Virus record (IMG/VR): IMGVR_UViG_3300042398_001353
Length of the DNA: 64,000 nt
Reading direction: 5' to 3' (one strand)
DNA from: a virus
Taxonomy: Duplodnaviria > Heunggongvirae > Uroviricota > Caudoviricetes
Shown here: piece by piece, positions 54,446 through 63,974 of the stretch
Layout of the letters: every line of letters begins with the position of its first letter
Numbering within the stretch: the stretch's first letter is position 1
Notes under the pieces: generated by a model
The model's input: the letters and a program-made list of their open reading frames with translations, nothing else
Told to the model about the DNA's origin: nothing
The model's database searches: none
Program-made: the position numbers and the translations under genes

Positions 54446-55652
54446 ACTTAAAGAATCTGAGGTTTTCAATGTTATTACCAAGATTATAAACGAAGAAACA
54501 GCTGGTGAAATTACAGTAAGTGCAAGTAATGATTTAGGTACACATCCGGAGTTTGGTGGATTGTTATCTTTATTAGGACAACTTAAAAAAAATGTACAAG
54601 CAGCATTAAGAGGTAAGATCCCATATAGAATTAAAACAGATAGTCAGACAGGAACTGTTAAACCATCAAAACAAGGTAATGCTTTAGTTTTGTCGGTTAC
54701 ATTAATCCCTTGTGAAGAAAGTGAGAGACATTATTTCTTTGATGGTGCTGGTGGTATCTATAGCTATATTAACACAACAAGTGAAAAATCAGTTCATTCT
54801 AAAGTTAGAACTGCTGTTATGAATAAAGCAACTGCTGGTTTTGCGGGTGCAGAACCACAAGAAGCATACCCTAATCACATCAATCTACGTGGATTCACTA
54901 ACTTAAACACTGTTGAGCCAAATAAGGAATATAAATTAATTTTAAAGTTTTTGGTTGGAAAAAGACCTGGTGGATATTATGATGTTGGTGACGATGAACC
55001 GGAACAAAAAATTGATAATAAAACAATAGATAATACAAATAAAGCATCTACAGCGGCGACAAAACAAGATGTTGGTACTGAACCGGAAAAGAAAGTTGAA
55101 AGTAAAAGTGAAAAACCAGTTTCTGCGGAATGGGAAGCTACTGACATAGATACCGCACATAAAGTGAAAACTTTTATTACTGATGTTCAAGCACAATTAG
55201 AGGATATGTGGAAAAAGGGTAAAAATCCTATTGTTGAGGATATTGAAATGACGATTATAAAAAATTCTGACGGTTCATATAAAACAAAAACCAGTGCAAC
55301 AATAACAGAAAGCCAAGATGGTAAAGCTTGGGTTGGTATTGAAAGTAGGGGTTCTGCTGGGGGTGACTATCAAAATAGAGCGAATGATCAATATTATGGT
55401 GGTAGATATGACGATAAAGGTAGACCAGTAATTGATAAAAAGACAGGTAAACAACTTAATAAAGGTCAATCAGAAAAAAAGGCTGACGGAACTGATAACC
55501 CATGCTATGGTAAATCATTAATTGATTGTATGAAACTACCTGCTATTGGTGGTGATGAAGTTAAATTACTTAAGACGGTTGAAGACGCTAGTGTTCCATT
55601 TAAACAATATTTTGTAATTTTTACAAAACCAAAAAAATTCCCACCTAGATAA
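54429..55652 (+). CDS. leader-tagged protein
   Basis: MKRIIKLKESEVFNVITKIINEE. Confidence 0.45.
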   Translation: MKRIIKLKESEVFNVITKIINEETAGEITVSASNDLGTHPEFGGLLSLLGQLKKNVQAALRGKIPYRIKTDSQTGTVKPSKQGNALVLSVTLIPCEESERHYFFDGAGGIYSYINTTSEKSVHSKVRTAVMNKATAGFAGAEPQEAYPNHINLRGFTNLNTVEPNKEYKLILKFLVGKRPGGYYDVGDDEPEQKIDNKTIDNTNKASTAATKQDVGTEPEKKVESKSEKPVSAEWEATDIDTAHKVKTFITDVQAQLEDMWKKGKNPIVEDIEMTIIKNSDGSYKTKTSATITESQDGKAWVGIESRGSAGGDYQNRANDQYYGGRYDDKGRPVIDKKTGKQLNKGQSEKKADGTDNPCYGKSLIDCMKLPAIGGDEVKLLKTVEDASVPFKQYFVIFTKPKKFPPR

Positions 55653-56128
55653 TGAAAATAGTGATAACAGAAGAACAATTTAATAATTTATATAACGTAC
55701 CGGACAGACCAACATTGACTGAGGTTGAGTACATTATTGATGTGATTTATGAAGAGGATGAGAACAATAAAGATAACGAAGAAGATGACTTTGATTTAGG
55801 TGGAAGTGGTGAAAGAGGCGAACATCATCTATATTATTTTTATATTGGTGAAGCATTCTTTGATGAATTTTATGATAAAACTTATTTAGAATTATTTGAT
55901 CAATATAAAGATGATGCGGGTGGTTGTGAAAAATTTGTGGATGCCGTTATTGGTGATATCTTAAAAAAGATGAAGCAATCAATTGAAGAAAAAACCGCAG
56001 CAAAAATCTTAAAGAAAGTTATTAAAAGACAAAGCACTGTTAGATTCAAAGAATCTGATATACGAAAAGCTTTAGATGCGCATTTTGGTAACTTTATTTG
56101 TAATGAGTTTATTGAGGAAACTCGTTAA
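55652..56128 (+). CDS. leader-tagged acidic protein
   Basis: MKIVITEEQFNNLYN. Confidence 0.45.
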   Translation: MKIVITEEQFNNLYNVPDRPTLTEVEYIIDVIYEEDENNKDNEEDDFDLGGSGERGEHHLYYFYIGEAFFDEFYDKTYLELFDQYKDDAGGCEKFVDAVIGDILKKMKQSIEEKTAAKILKKVIKRQSTVRFKESDIRKALDAHFGNFICNEFIEETR

Positions 56129-57963
56129 ATAATATCTTTTAATATTGATTTAAAATTAAGCTTTTCAAATAAAGGTTCGATTTGCATATGATTAACTAGG
56201 TTGTCAACTTGAACAGAACCCTCTTCCGTCTTGTTAGTTTTTTTGTTAAACAATTTAATATCAACACCATTTTCACATGTAAAATGTTTAAACCAAGGCT
56301 GTTTTAACTCTATTCTAACAAATTCATTTTCATAAACGCCAGCGTCACTAAAATATTTTTCAAATATCTTAATTAAAGTATTTCTTGTTTCTTTGCAACC
56401 AGTTTCTTCGTTATCAAAAAATTCTTCATGCTTACTATCAAAATAATCATCAAAAGCATTATCCATAACTTCTTGTGATGGATATTCATAATCATATTCT
56501 GGATATTCAATATAGTCACTATCCGGTAAATCATAATAATCCATATAATCGCGAATAAAATCTTCTAGTGATTCTATTGAATAAATTTCTTTTTCACTAA
56601 TAAATTCAATTAATTTTTCTATTGGTGCTTTTATCACCTTTTCACCACCCCAGAATGTATCAAGTTCTAACACAGCTTCATATTCTTTAATTATTGCTTC
56701 AATAGCAGCTTCTAAAGCGGCACCAGATCCTTCTGTGAATTTATCGAGATATTCATCTCTAACTTTTTCATTTTTATATAGTCCAGAGTTTTCAGCAAAC
56801 TCCACGAAATTTTCATGGGTTCTACAATAAAACCCAAAAAGATCAATTAATTTGTTTTTATTTTTCTCATAATAATTGTATAAATAACCTGATAAAATAT
56901 TTTGGGCTTCATATCTATAACTATCATATTCTGATTCTGATACACTATTGTATGCATCATTGTGCCAAGATCTTAACGTTCGTAAACTATCGTCATAACC
57001 TTCAACTGATGACGGTAATATTTTAACATCAATTTCTAAATTACCTCCACTTATTGCATAATTAGCACTTTTATCAGTAAGGAAGTTAGCCAATTCATCT
57101 TCATTTTCGTTATTCAATGCGGTAACAAAAGGGTTGGTACCACCATATTCTTTATATACAACTTCTCTGTATATAGTTAGGTCAGATTGATCCAAGAATT
57201 TTTTACCTTTTGCTAATTCAGATTTAACATCATCAAGATCTGGATTTGAAATATATAGTGATGGAAAAAATAATTTTTTAATTTCTAACCTTTCGTTAAA
57301 AAAATTAGGTCTGTTACCAACCTCATTGTCTGCAGGGTTTTTTAATTGATTAGATGGGAAATGTAATTGATACTTATCGTTCTCATTTTCTTTGTTAACA
57401 ATAATATACAATGGGCCTTGTGGTGAATATGAATTAAATCGACATGTTCTATCTTTATGATCAGGGTTTAAACTATAATCTCCCCAAGCCGTACACCATT
57501 CTGTGTTAACACCAAGATAGGATGAGGCTTTTTCACTTTTTGGTACTATCACGAACCAGCTATCGCCATTGTGTTTTACCTCATATTCTTTTGGGTCTAG
57601 AGCTTCTATTAGCGTTGCTAAACTTGTATTTGTTTTTACTATTTTATTTTTAACAAGTTCGTAAAGATCTGGTATAGAATTAATTTTCATTTGACCAATC
57701 TTCATTTGATATTTGTAAATTAACTCAAGATATTCTGTTGCTTTTGGTAAATCTTCAAATTTTAAATTACCATTTCTATACATGTTAATTAAGAAAGGAA
57801 AATAAGAACCTAGTCGAATAATTTTATCATCAATTATTTTTGTTTTAGGATCAGCGGAGGCAATTCTAATGAAAGTTTTTCTTTCAACATCAGAAAAGCG
57901 TTTTTTATAAACACCTTCTTGATCTTCGGTTAATAGGCCGTATATCACTTCTCTAAATTTCAT
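56125..57963 (-). CDS. leader-tagged large protein (612 aa)
   Basis: MKFREVIYGLLTEDQ; rich in Y/E/D. Confidence 0.45.
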   Translation of the reverse strand: MKFREVIYGLLTEDQEGVYKKRFSDVERKTFIRIASADPKTKIIDDKIIRLGSYFPFLINMYRNGNLKFEDLPKATEYLELIYKYQMKIGQMKINSIPDLYELVKNKIVKTNTSLATLIEALDPKEYEVKHNGDSWFVIVPKSEKASSYLGVNTEWCTAWGDYSLNPDHKDRTCRFNSYSPQGPLYIIVNKENENDKYQLHFPSNQLKNPADNEVGNRPNFFNERLEIKKLFFPSLYISNPDLDDVKSELAKGKKFLDQSDLTIYREVVYKEYGGTNPFVTALNNENEDELANFLTDKSANYAISGGNLEIDVKILPSSVEGYDDSLRTLRSWHNDAYNSVSESEYDSYRYEAQNILSGYLYNYYEKNKNKLIDLFGFYCRTHENFVEFAENSGLYKNEKVRDEYLDKFTEGSGAALEAAIEAIIKEYEAVLELDTFWGGEKVIKAPIEKLIEFISEKEIYSIESLEDFIRDYMDYYDLPDSDYIEYPEYDYEYPSQEVMDNAFDDYFDSKHEEFFDNEETGCKETRNTLIKIFEKYFSDAGVYENEFVRIELKQPWFKHFTCENGVDIKLFNKKTNKTEEGSVQVDNLVNHMQIEPLFEKLNFKSILKDII

Positions 57964-59491
57964 TTAATCTATCGTTTAATATTTCATTAAAATTATCTCT
58001 ATCAGCATCTGGATACCATCTATCATCAACATCTAATCTAGGTTTTTCAATATAACCGTCCCCCAATAATTCATTGAATAAACATTCAACATCACCATCA
58101 TCACCATCACATCGTTCGCTAATCTCATCCATATCTTCATCACTAATATTGTTATTTGATATTAATGTTTCTAAATCTACTGAAATAACAATACCTTCGT
58201 CATTCATACTTATTATCTCACCATATTCTTCAAATGCACTCTTAACATTTTTGTATAAATAATCTTCATAATCATTCGCCTCAGCATCATTAACCGACCA
58301 ACGAATTCTATTTTTAATTTCGTCATCTTCATCATATTCCTCAATAAGTTCTAATAAATTCTCAGAGCCTGTTATATTTGGATTTTTTTGTTTTAGTATA
58401 TCAACAATTTTTAAAATATTATCATTGTTTAATTCATTTTCAACAGCATATTTCCAATCAGCATATTCACTATTATCCCAATATTGCCAGGTGTTACCAA
58501 CCAAAACGTCATCAACAATATTACTATATTCTCCTCTAACATAATCTTCAGCTTGTTTTGGGTAAATTGTTAATGTAAAAATTCCATATTTTAATGGTTC
58601 AACTAAACCGATGCTCCTTAACAATTTATATTCTTGCCTACCTTTAAACAATTCTGGCCTATCTTGATAAAGTTTTTTAATTTCTTCTTCTGTTAAATCA
58701 GAAATTTTAAAATCTTTTTCACTAGCATATTCATAACCAATATCTTCAATCAAGTACCCATCTTCATCTTTAAAATAAAATAATGGTAAAATTACTGAAT
58801 GATATTCACTCGTTGGTTTTGAATTTTTTTGACCTTTTAATTGTAATAAAGATCCAGATTCATTAATTGATGCTGTTAAGTGACTTTTATTTAGTGTGTG
58901 ATCATTTTCAATTTTTTTAAAACTCCTTAATGAATATAAAACACCTCTTGTGCTTGCACAATGTCCCATTCTCTCAGCTTCATCAGGACAATTACCTGTA
59001 CCTAAATTAACCCAGTAATACCCCACACCATTTTTTCTAAAATCTAATATAATATCTTTTGTTTCATTATAATCTATTTTTGATTCACCAATACCTAAAG
59101 ATTCGTGCCATCTTTCAGATTCATCATATAACTCTTTAAAACTTAGTTCTTGATATGATTTAATATTACCAGCTAAAGCGACTCTAACCCAGTCCATAAT
59201 TCCTCGCATCTTGTCTCTTTCTCTAGTAAAAGAGTTAGACCCATTAACCAATCCCATTCTTTGTTGAATAGAAATTTTATCTCTATTGATGATTTCTTTA
59301 GCCCTATCCGCGGTATCATAATATTCTTCTTCATACATTTCTAGTATTTTATATGCGAAAAATATTGACAATGGTCCAGCTATTCTTGATAACGCTTCAG
59401 CCTGATCGTCCTTTACTTTCAGTTTATTGATTAATATGTCCTTTTTACTAGCCTCAGTTAGTATATTTTCTAACAGTGATTTAAATTTCAT
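57953..59491 (-). CDS. leader-tagged protein carrying the RMGHC module
   Basis: MKFKSLLENILTEA; ERWHESL...DFRKNGVGYYWVNL...RMGHCAS paralogous to the modules in 1524..4598 and 62317..63552. Confidence 0.5.
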   Translation of the reverse strand: MKFKSLLENILTEASKKDILINKLKVKDDQAEALSRIAGPLSIFFAYKILEMYEEEYYDTADRAKEIINRDKISIQQRMGLVNGSNSFTRERDKMRGIMDWVRVALAGNIKSYQELSFKELYDESERWHESLGIGESKIDYNETKDIILDFRKNGVGYYWVNLGTGNCPDEAERMGHCASTRGVLYSLRSFKKIENDHTLNKSHLTASINESGSLLQLKGQKNSKPTSEYHSVILPLFYFKDEDGYLIEDIGYEYASEKDFKISDLTEEEIKKLYQDRPELFKGRQEYKLLRSIGLVEPLKYGIFTLTIYPKQAEDYVRGEYSNIVDDVLVGNTWQYWDNSEYADWKYAVENELNNDNILKIVDILKQKNPNITGSENLLELIEEYDEDDEIKNRIRWSVNDAEANDYEDYLYKNVKSAFEEYGEIISMNDEGIVISVDLETLISNNNISDEDMDEISERCDGDDGDVECLFNELLGDGYIEKPRLDVDDRWYPDADRDNFNEILNDRLNEI

Positions 59492-59963
59492 TTATTCCAA
59501 ATTTTGCTCTTATTATGTCCATACTATGCTGTGATAACACCCACTGAATATTGCGAGCAACTTCTCGTGGTAATTTTTTTTCAAGTCTTTTTTGTTCTAA
59601 GTTGTTATCTCCATATATTTTGTGAACAACAAAAGAAACTATATCAAAAGCGTTATACTCACTAGACATACCCATTAAAACCTCAACCTTTTCTCTGGTC
59701 GTTAATTTTGTGGTGTCAATATATGGGAATATTACCGGTAGTCTTTTTGTCATTTCCACAATATCCTCACAATCATTTTCGTTTTCTCGACATCTGGCCC
59801 ACATGTTCCAAACGTCATCTGACGTTAAATTACCCCCAAAATCATATTGTTGAGCTAGTTCAGTACCATAAAGTGTATCAAAAATAACCGCCGGTTTGCT
59901 ATTGATTTCAATGTGTTTTTTGATTAATTTGTTATACTGGCTTTCAGTAATGAGTATATTCAT
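59481..59963 (-). CDS. leader-tagged protein
   Basis: MNILITESQYNKLIKKHIE. Confidence 0.5.
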   Translation of the reverse strand: MNILITESQYNKLIKKHIEINSKPAVIFDTLYGTELAQQYDFGGNLTSDDVWNMWARCRENENDCEDIVEMTKRLPVIFPYIDTTKLTTREKVEVLMGMSSEYNAFDIVSFVVHKIYGDNNLEQKRLEKKLPREVARNIQWVLSQHSMDIIRAKFGINEI

Positions 59964-59965
59964 AC

Positions 59966-59985
59966 TTTATAAATATTTATATAAC
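59966..59985. promoter_or_regulatory. palindromic TTTATAAATATTTATATAA box between divergent genes
   Basis: Contains the box in both orientations, between 59481..59963 (-) and 59999..61129 (+). Confidence 0.4.
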
Positions 59986-59998
59986 AAAGATAATTTAA

Positions 59999-61129
59999 AT
60001 GAAACGTATTGTTGTAACAGAAAACCAAGCAAAAATGATTGTTGACTATATTATTAGTCAAGAAGAGACCATTAGTGAACAAAAAGTATTAGCTACAACA
60101 ACCGAAACAAAACCATCTAAGGTTTATAATATTAGCAATTCTTTTGCTAGTGGTCAATACAAATTAACAAATACCAAAGAGATTGTTGCTGCGATGGGCG
60201 CAATAAACAAAGAAATTGATGGTTATCCTGATAATCAACAATTTATAATAAATGTGGAGTCTTCCGAATCTGCTGTTCCACCACCAAGTGGTATGAGCGT
60301 AGGTGATCTTTCTAGATTAAGGGGTGAGGCTGTTGAGACTTTTTTAAGAAATGGAAAATATATTGATGATAAGGTTCAAATCAAGAAAATTGACAAAGGT
60401 GTTCAAGGTCCAGCTTGGGATGTAAATAAAGGTAAAAATGATCCAGAGTATAAAAAAAATCAATATGTGACACTTTCTCTACAAGTAATTGGTAGCAAAA
60501 CGGTGCAAACAATATGTAATTTTACCGAAAATAAAGTAGGTGGGGTTGCTAGAAAAGAAGATGATTTTGTTGGTTATAACAAAACGATTGATATTAGTAA
60601 ATTACCAGATGGTACTAAATTTAAAATTGTGTTTTCACCAGCACAAATGGCAGATATGTTGGTCGTTAATGCGGGATCTTTTAATTATAACACCGGATTT
60701 GTTTCTGGTGCACCAACAAGCCCAATGATCAATGCTTGTGTTGCAACCGCATTATATTATGGTTATAATGGTAATATTCCCAATTATTTCCCTAAAAATA
60801 TAGTTCAATTGGATAAGTATGATGCTCAGGATATATTTGCAAATTCAAATTTTGAAAATTTTGCATATTATTGGGGACATGTAATGGATAAACAATATTT
60901 TACTTGGGGTAAAAATATATTCTTAAACAGCGTTAAATTATACACATTTGATGGTCCAACCATAAAACAAACAACAACAGACGATCCGGATTTTAAAGAA
61001 TTAAACCCTAATAATGATGGGTCTGTTGGTGTTACTTTAACAAAAGATCAAAGTATGTCATCTGTTACCATGAGGGTATACAGCCCTGTTGGTGGGACGA
61101 TTTGGAAATTGGGGACTAAGTGTCTCTAA
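59999..61129 (+). CDS. leader-tagged protein
   Basis: MKRIVVTENQAKMIVDYIISQEE. Confidence 0.45.
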   Translation: MKRIVVTENQAKMIVDYIISQEETISEQKVLATTTETKPSKVYNISNSFASGQYKLTNTKEIVAAMGAINKEIDGYPDNQQFIINVESSESAVPPPSGMSVGDLSRLRGEAVETFLRNGKYIDDKVQIKKIDKGVQGPAWDVNKGKNDPEYKKNQYVTLSLQVIGSKTVQTICNFTENKVGGVARKEDDFVGYNKTIDISKLPDGTKFKIVFSPAQMADMLVVNAGSFNYNTGFVSGAPTSPMINACVATALYYGYNGNIPNYFPKNIVQLDKYDAQDIFANSNFENFAYYWGHVMDKQYFTWGKNIFLNSVKLYTFDGPTIKQTTTDDPDFKELNPNNDGSVGVTLTKDQSMSSVTMRVYSPVGGTIWKLGTKCL

Positions 61130-61351
61130 TCTAAACCCAACTAAAGATAGATCATATTCTCGGTTTTTTTTAATATATTGAATATTTGTCATGGTATTCC
61201 CAATTTTGGTGAAACCAACAACCTTTCTATTGTAAACCTTACTTAAAGAATCTACAATTTCTTTTTCTCTTTTGGTTGGGAGGTCTAGTGTGTCTTGCGA
61301 ATACACAGATAAGGATACCGAGCAAAGAATTAATGTTACAATACTTTTCAT
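61058..61351 (-). CDS. small secreted protein
   Basis: Signal peptide MKSIVTLILCSVSLSVYSQD. Confidence 0.35.
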   Translation of the reverse strand: MKSIVTLILCSVSLSVYSQDTLDLPTKREKEIVDSLSKVYNRKVVGFTKIGNTMTNIQYIKKNREYDLSLVGFRLETLSPQFPNRPTNRAVYPHGNR

Positions 61352-61405
61352 AATCTATTTTTTTACAAAACTAATGTTATTTTCTTAATTCTACAAAAAA
61401 ATTTG

Positions 61406-61422
61406 TAATATTTATTATATAA
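61406..61422 (+). promoter_or_regulatory. TAATATTTATTATATAA box variant
   Basis: 28 nt upstream of endolysin ATG 61450. Confidence 0.3.
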
Positions 61423-61449
61423 TAACTAAACATTGAAAATCAATATATT

Positions 61450-62292
61450 ATGCTTTTAAAATTAGGATCTGAAGGAGAAGACGTAAAAAAACTCCAAACA
61501 AAGTTAGGGGTTGACCCCATTGGCAAATTTGGCCCTAAAACCGATGCTGCTGTTAGAGCTTGGCAAGCTGCCAATGGATTAACTGCTGATGGTATTGTTG
61601 GTGACGGAACATGGTCTAAGATGTTTGCTGAAGGTACCGTTAGTGCACCATCTGTTATCACAGAGCCAGCACCAGCACCAAGTGTTGGTGGATTAAAATT
61701 AGAGAAACTAAAGGGGCATATACCAGACGCGGTTATTGCACAAATTCCTGATACAGCAGCTAAGTTTCAAATTAACACACCATTACGTTTAGCCCATTTC
61801 TTAGCACAATGTGGACATGAGAGTGGTGGATTTAGAGCAACACAAGAAAACTTAAATTATTCAGCAAAGGGTTTGAATGGTATCTTTAAAAAATACTTTC
61901 CGACTGAAGCAGCTGCGGCGGCTTATGCTAGACAACCAATTAAAATAGCATCTAAGGTTTATGGTGGTAGAATGGGTAATGGTCCAGAATCAACTCAAGA
62001 AGGGTACAAATTTCGTGGAAGAGGTTATATCCAATTGACTGGTAAAGAGAACTATACAGCATTTGGTAAAGCAATAAATGAAGATATTTGTTCAAACCCA
62101 GATAAGGTAGCAGCTAATTACGCGTTGTTGTCAGCCGCTTGGTTTTTCAGTAAAAATGGTTTACATAAAATGGCAGATGAGGGAGCAAGTGATCAAGTTG
62201 TGACTAAGATAACAAAAAGAGTTAATGGAGGTACAATTGGTTTACCAGATAGAATAAAACACTTTAAAGAATACTACGCATTATTGGCATAA
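61450..62292 (+). CDS. endolysin: PG_binding_1 + glycoside hydrolase family 19 (chitinase-like lysozyme)
   Basis: EDVKKLQTKLGV...FGPKTDAAVRAWQAANGLTADGIVG (PG_binding_1); HFLAQCGHESGGF and FRGRGYIQLTGKENY (GH19 catalytic motifs). Confidence 0.75.
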   Translation: MLLKLGSEGEDVKKLQTKLGVDPIGKFGPKTDAAVRAWQAANGLTADGIVGDGTWSKMFAEGTVSAPSVITEPAPAPSVGGLKLEKLKGHIPDAVIAQIPDTAAKFQINTPLRLAHFLAQCGHESGGFRATQENLNYSAKGLNGIFKKYFPTEAAAAAYARQPIKIASKVYGGRMGNGPESTQEGYKFRGRGYIQLTGKENYTAFGKAINEDICSNPDKVAANYALLSAAWFFSKNGLHKMADEGASDQVVTKITKRVNGGTIGLPDRIKHFKEYYALLA

Positions 62293-62319
62293 AAAAAGGG
62301 GTTTAAAACCCCTTTTTTA
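62291..62319. terminator. bidirectional rho-independent terminator
   Basis: AAAAAAAGGGGTTTAAAACCCCTTTTTT between convergent genes. Confidence 0.7.
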
Positions 62320-63552
62320 TTTTGCTATACTATCTTCATCATCTTCATCTGGTGACATCTTATCCACCAATTCTTGCGCTTGTTGTTTTGTTAAAAATTG
62401 GAATTTTCTTTCCAATGCGTTTTCACTCAATTTTGCAAAAATTATAAAATCGTCATTGGTTTTCACACTCTTAAAATCTTTTAATTGATACCAAGTACCT
62501 TCAATCATATAGTTGTCAGTATAATCACTAGTTTCATCTAAAAGATATTCATAGTCTTTAATTACTTCAAGTGTTTCTATGTTTACAACACCATAATACT
62601 TTGTTGAGTTACTTCTTCCATCTTCTTTAAATAAGACAACGTCATTGTTGTCTTTGTTGGTGTATATTCTTTTTTTATCTCCAAATAGATAATCAATTTT
62701 TATTTCTTTATTATTTGAAAATACTTGAGCTAATTGATCCTTACTTAAATCTTCTAATTGAAAATTTTGATCATATGCGTAAATATTTTTTTCAAATCCA
62801 ACTACTGGGAATTTCTTATTCAATAGCATATCAATAATAAACTTGAAAAAAACTTCTTTAGGTTTTCTATTTTTAGGTCCTTTCATTTGACCTAATTTAC
62901 GTGTTTTAGGATCATATGAAATTGTTACATGTGATCTACCGTCCTGTATTTCATCAATGCTTCTAAGTGAAAATAATACTTTACCACTATCATTACCACA
63001 GTGACCCATTCTTCTTTTTTCTTCCTCGGACATACTTGTGTTCAAATTAGCCCAATAAAAACCAACACCATTTTTTCTATAATCTAAAATTATTTCATGT
63101 TCTTCATTGTAGTTTGAGCTAACTCCGGTTTCCAATGATTCATGCCAAATTGTTGATTTTTCAAGAGCATCTTTAAAACTTAATATTTTAACATTAACTC
63201 TAGAAGCAACTCTTGGGTTTGATAACCAGTCAAATATGTATCTATACTTTTCTTCGTAATCTTCTTTCCATATAAGATTCCTAGGACCACTAGTGTTTAA
63301 TATTTCCCTAGCGGCTCTTTTTAGGTCTTTTTCCTCTTTAAATCTTTTATTTGCTTTCTTCTCAATTGTTTTTTTGTGTGTAACAGTATAATCATTTAAA
63401 AACGAATTTGCTACCCAAATACAGTGTTTTTCACTTAGTTGATAAAACTCTTCAGCCCATGCTGGACTAAACCCCATGGCTCTTTCTATTGTCTTTTTCT
63501 TATCCGTATTTTCGTTGATAAGAATTTCGTAAATTATATCTTTGAAGTTCAT
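62317..63552 (-). CDS. leader-tagged protein carrying the RMGHC module
   Basis: MNFKDIIYEILINENT; TIWHESL...DYRKNGVGFYWANL...RRMGHCGN. Confidence 0.5.
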   Translation of the reverse strand: MNFKDIIYEILINENTDKKKTIERAMGFSPAWAEEFYQLSEKHCIWVANSFLNDYTVTHKKTIEKKANKRFKEEKDLKRAAREILNTSGPRNLIWKEDYEEKYRYIFDWLSNPRVASRVNVKILSFKDALEKSTIWHESLETGVSSNYNEEHEIILDYRKNGVGFYWANLNTSMSEEEKRRMGHCGNDSGKVLFSLRSIDEIQDGRSHVTISYDPKTRKLGQMKGPKNRKPKEVFFKFIIDMLLNKKFPVVGFEKNIYAYDQNFQLEDLSKDQLAQVFSNNKEIKIDYLFGDKKRIYTNKDNNDVVLFKEDGRSNSTKYYGVVNIETLEVIKDYEYLLDETSDYTDNYMIEGTWYQLKDFKSVKTNDDFIIFAKLSENALERKFQFLTKQQAQELVDKMSPDEDDEDSIAK

Positions 63553-63573
63553 TATCTATATAAATATAAAATA
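63553..63573 (-). promoter_or_regulatory. ATATTTATATAGAT box (- strand)
   Basis: - strand reads TATTTTATATTTATATAGAT immediately 5' of ATG 63552. Confidence 0.4.
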
Positions 63574-63589
63574 AGTGTAAAATAATTAA

Positions 63590-63606
63590 CCCTCCAATTT
63601 GGAGGG
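63590..63606 (-). terminator. hairpin terminator ccctcc-aattt-ggaggg
   Basis: Perfect 6-bp stem downstream of 63630..63974 on the - strand, with an A/T run after it. Confidence 0.5.
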
Positions 63607-63629
63607 CTAATTTATCAATCTAAAACCAT

Positions 63630-63974
63630 TTAAACACCTATTTTTTCTTCTGACAAGGATTCTGCTAATTCCCTCAATTCGGTACTAACCGTGAGCATTA
63701 ATCTTTGTATTAAAGCTATCTTTAATGCCACATCAGCTTTTTTAGAGTCTAATGAAACAAAGTTAGTTGGGAAAATAACATCTTTAATTTGAAACCCATT
63801 ACTTTGGCTAGCTTGCTTAAGTAATTTTTGTTGGTAATACTTCTTAGCATTCAACTTGGTACAAGTCTTGCAATAGATACTTTTACCATCCTCATTTGTT
63901 TTGTTCTTGTAAAACAAATTTAGTGAAAGCTCTTTTTTGCACCCGGTACAGCATTTTTCTCTTTTTTCTACCAT
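63630..63974 (-). CDS. zinc-ribbon protein
   Basis: CCTGCKK...(20 aa)...YCKTCTK. Confidence 0.4.
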   Translation of the reverse strand: MVEKREKCCTGCKKELSLNLFYKNKTNEDGKSIYCKTCTKLNAKKYYQQKLLKQASQSNGFQIKDVIFPTNFVSLDSKKADVALKIALIQRLMLTVSTELRELAESLSEEKIGV

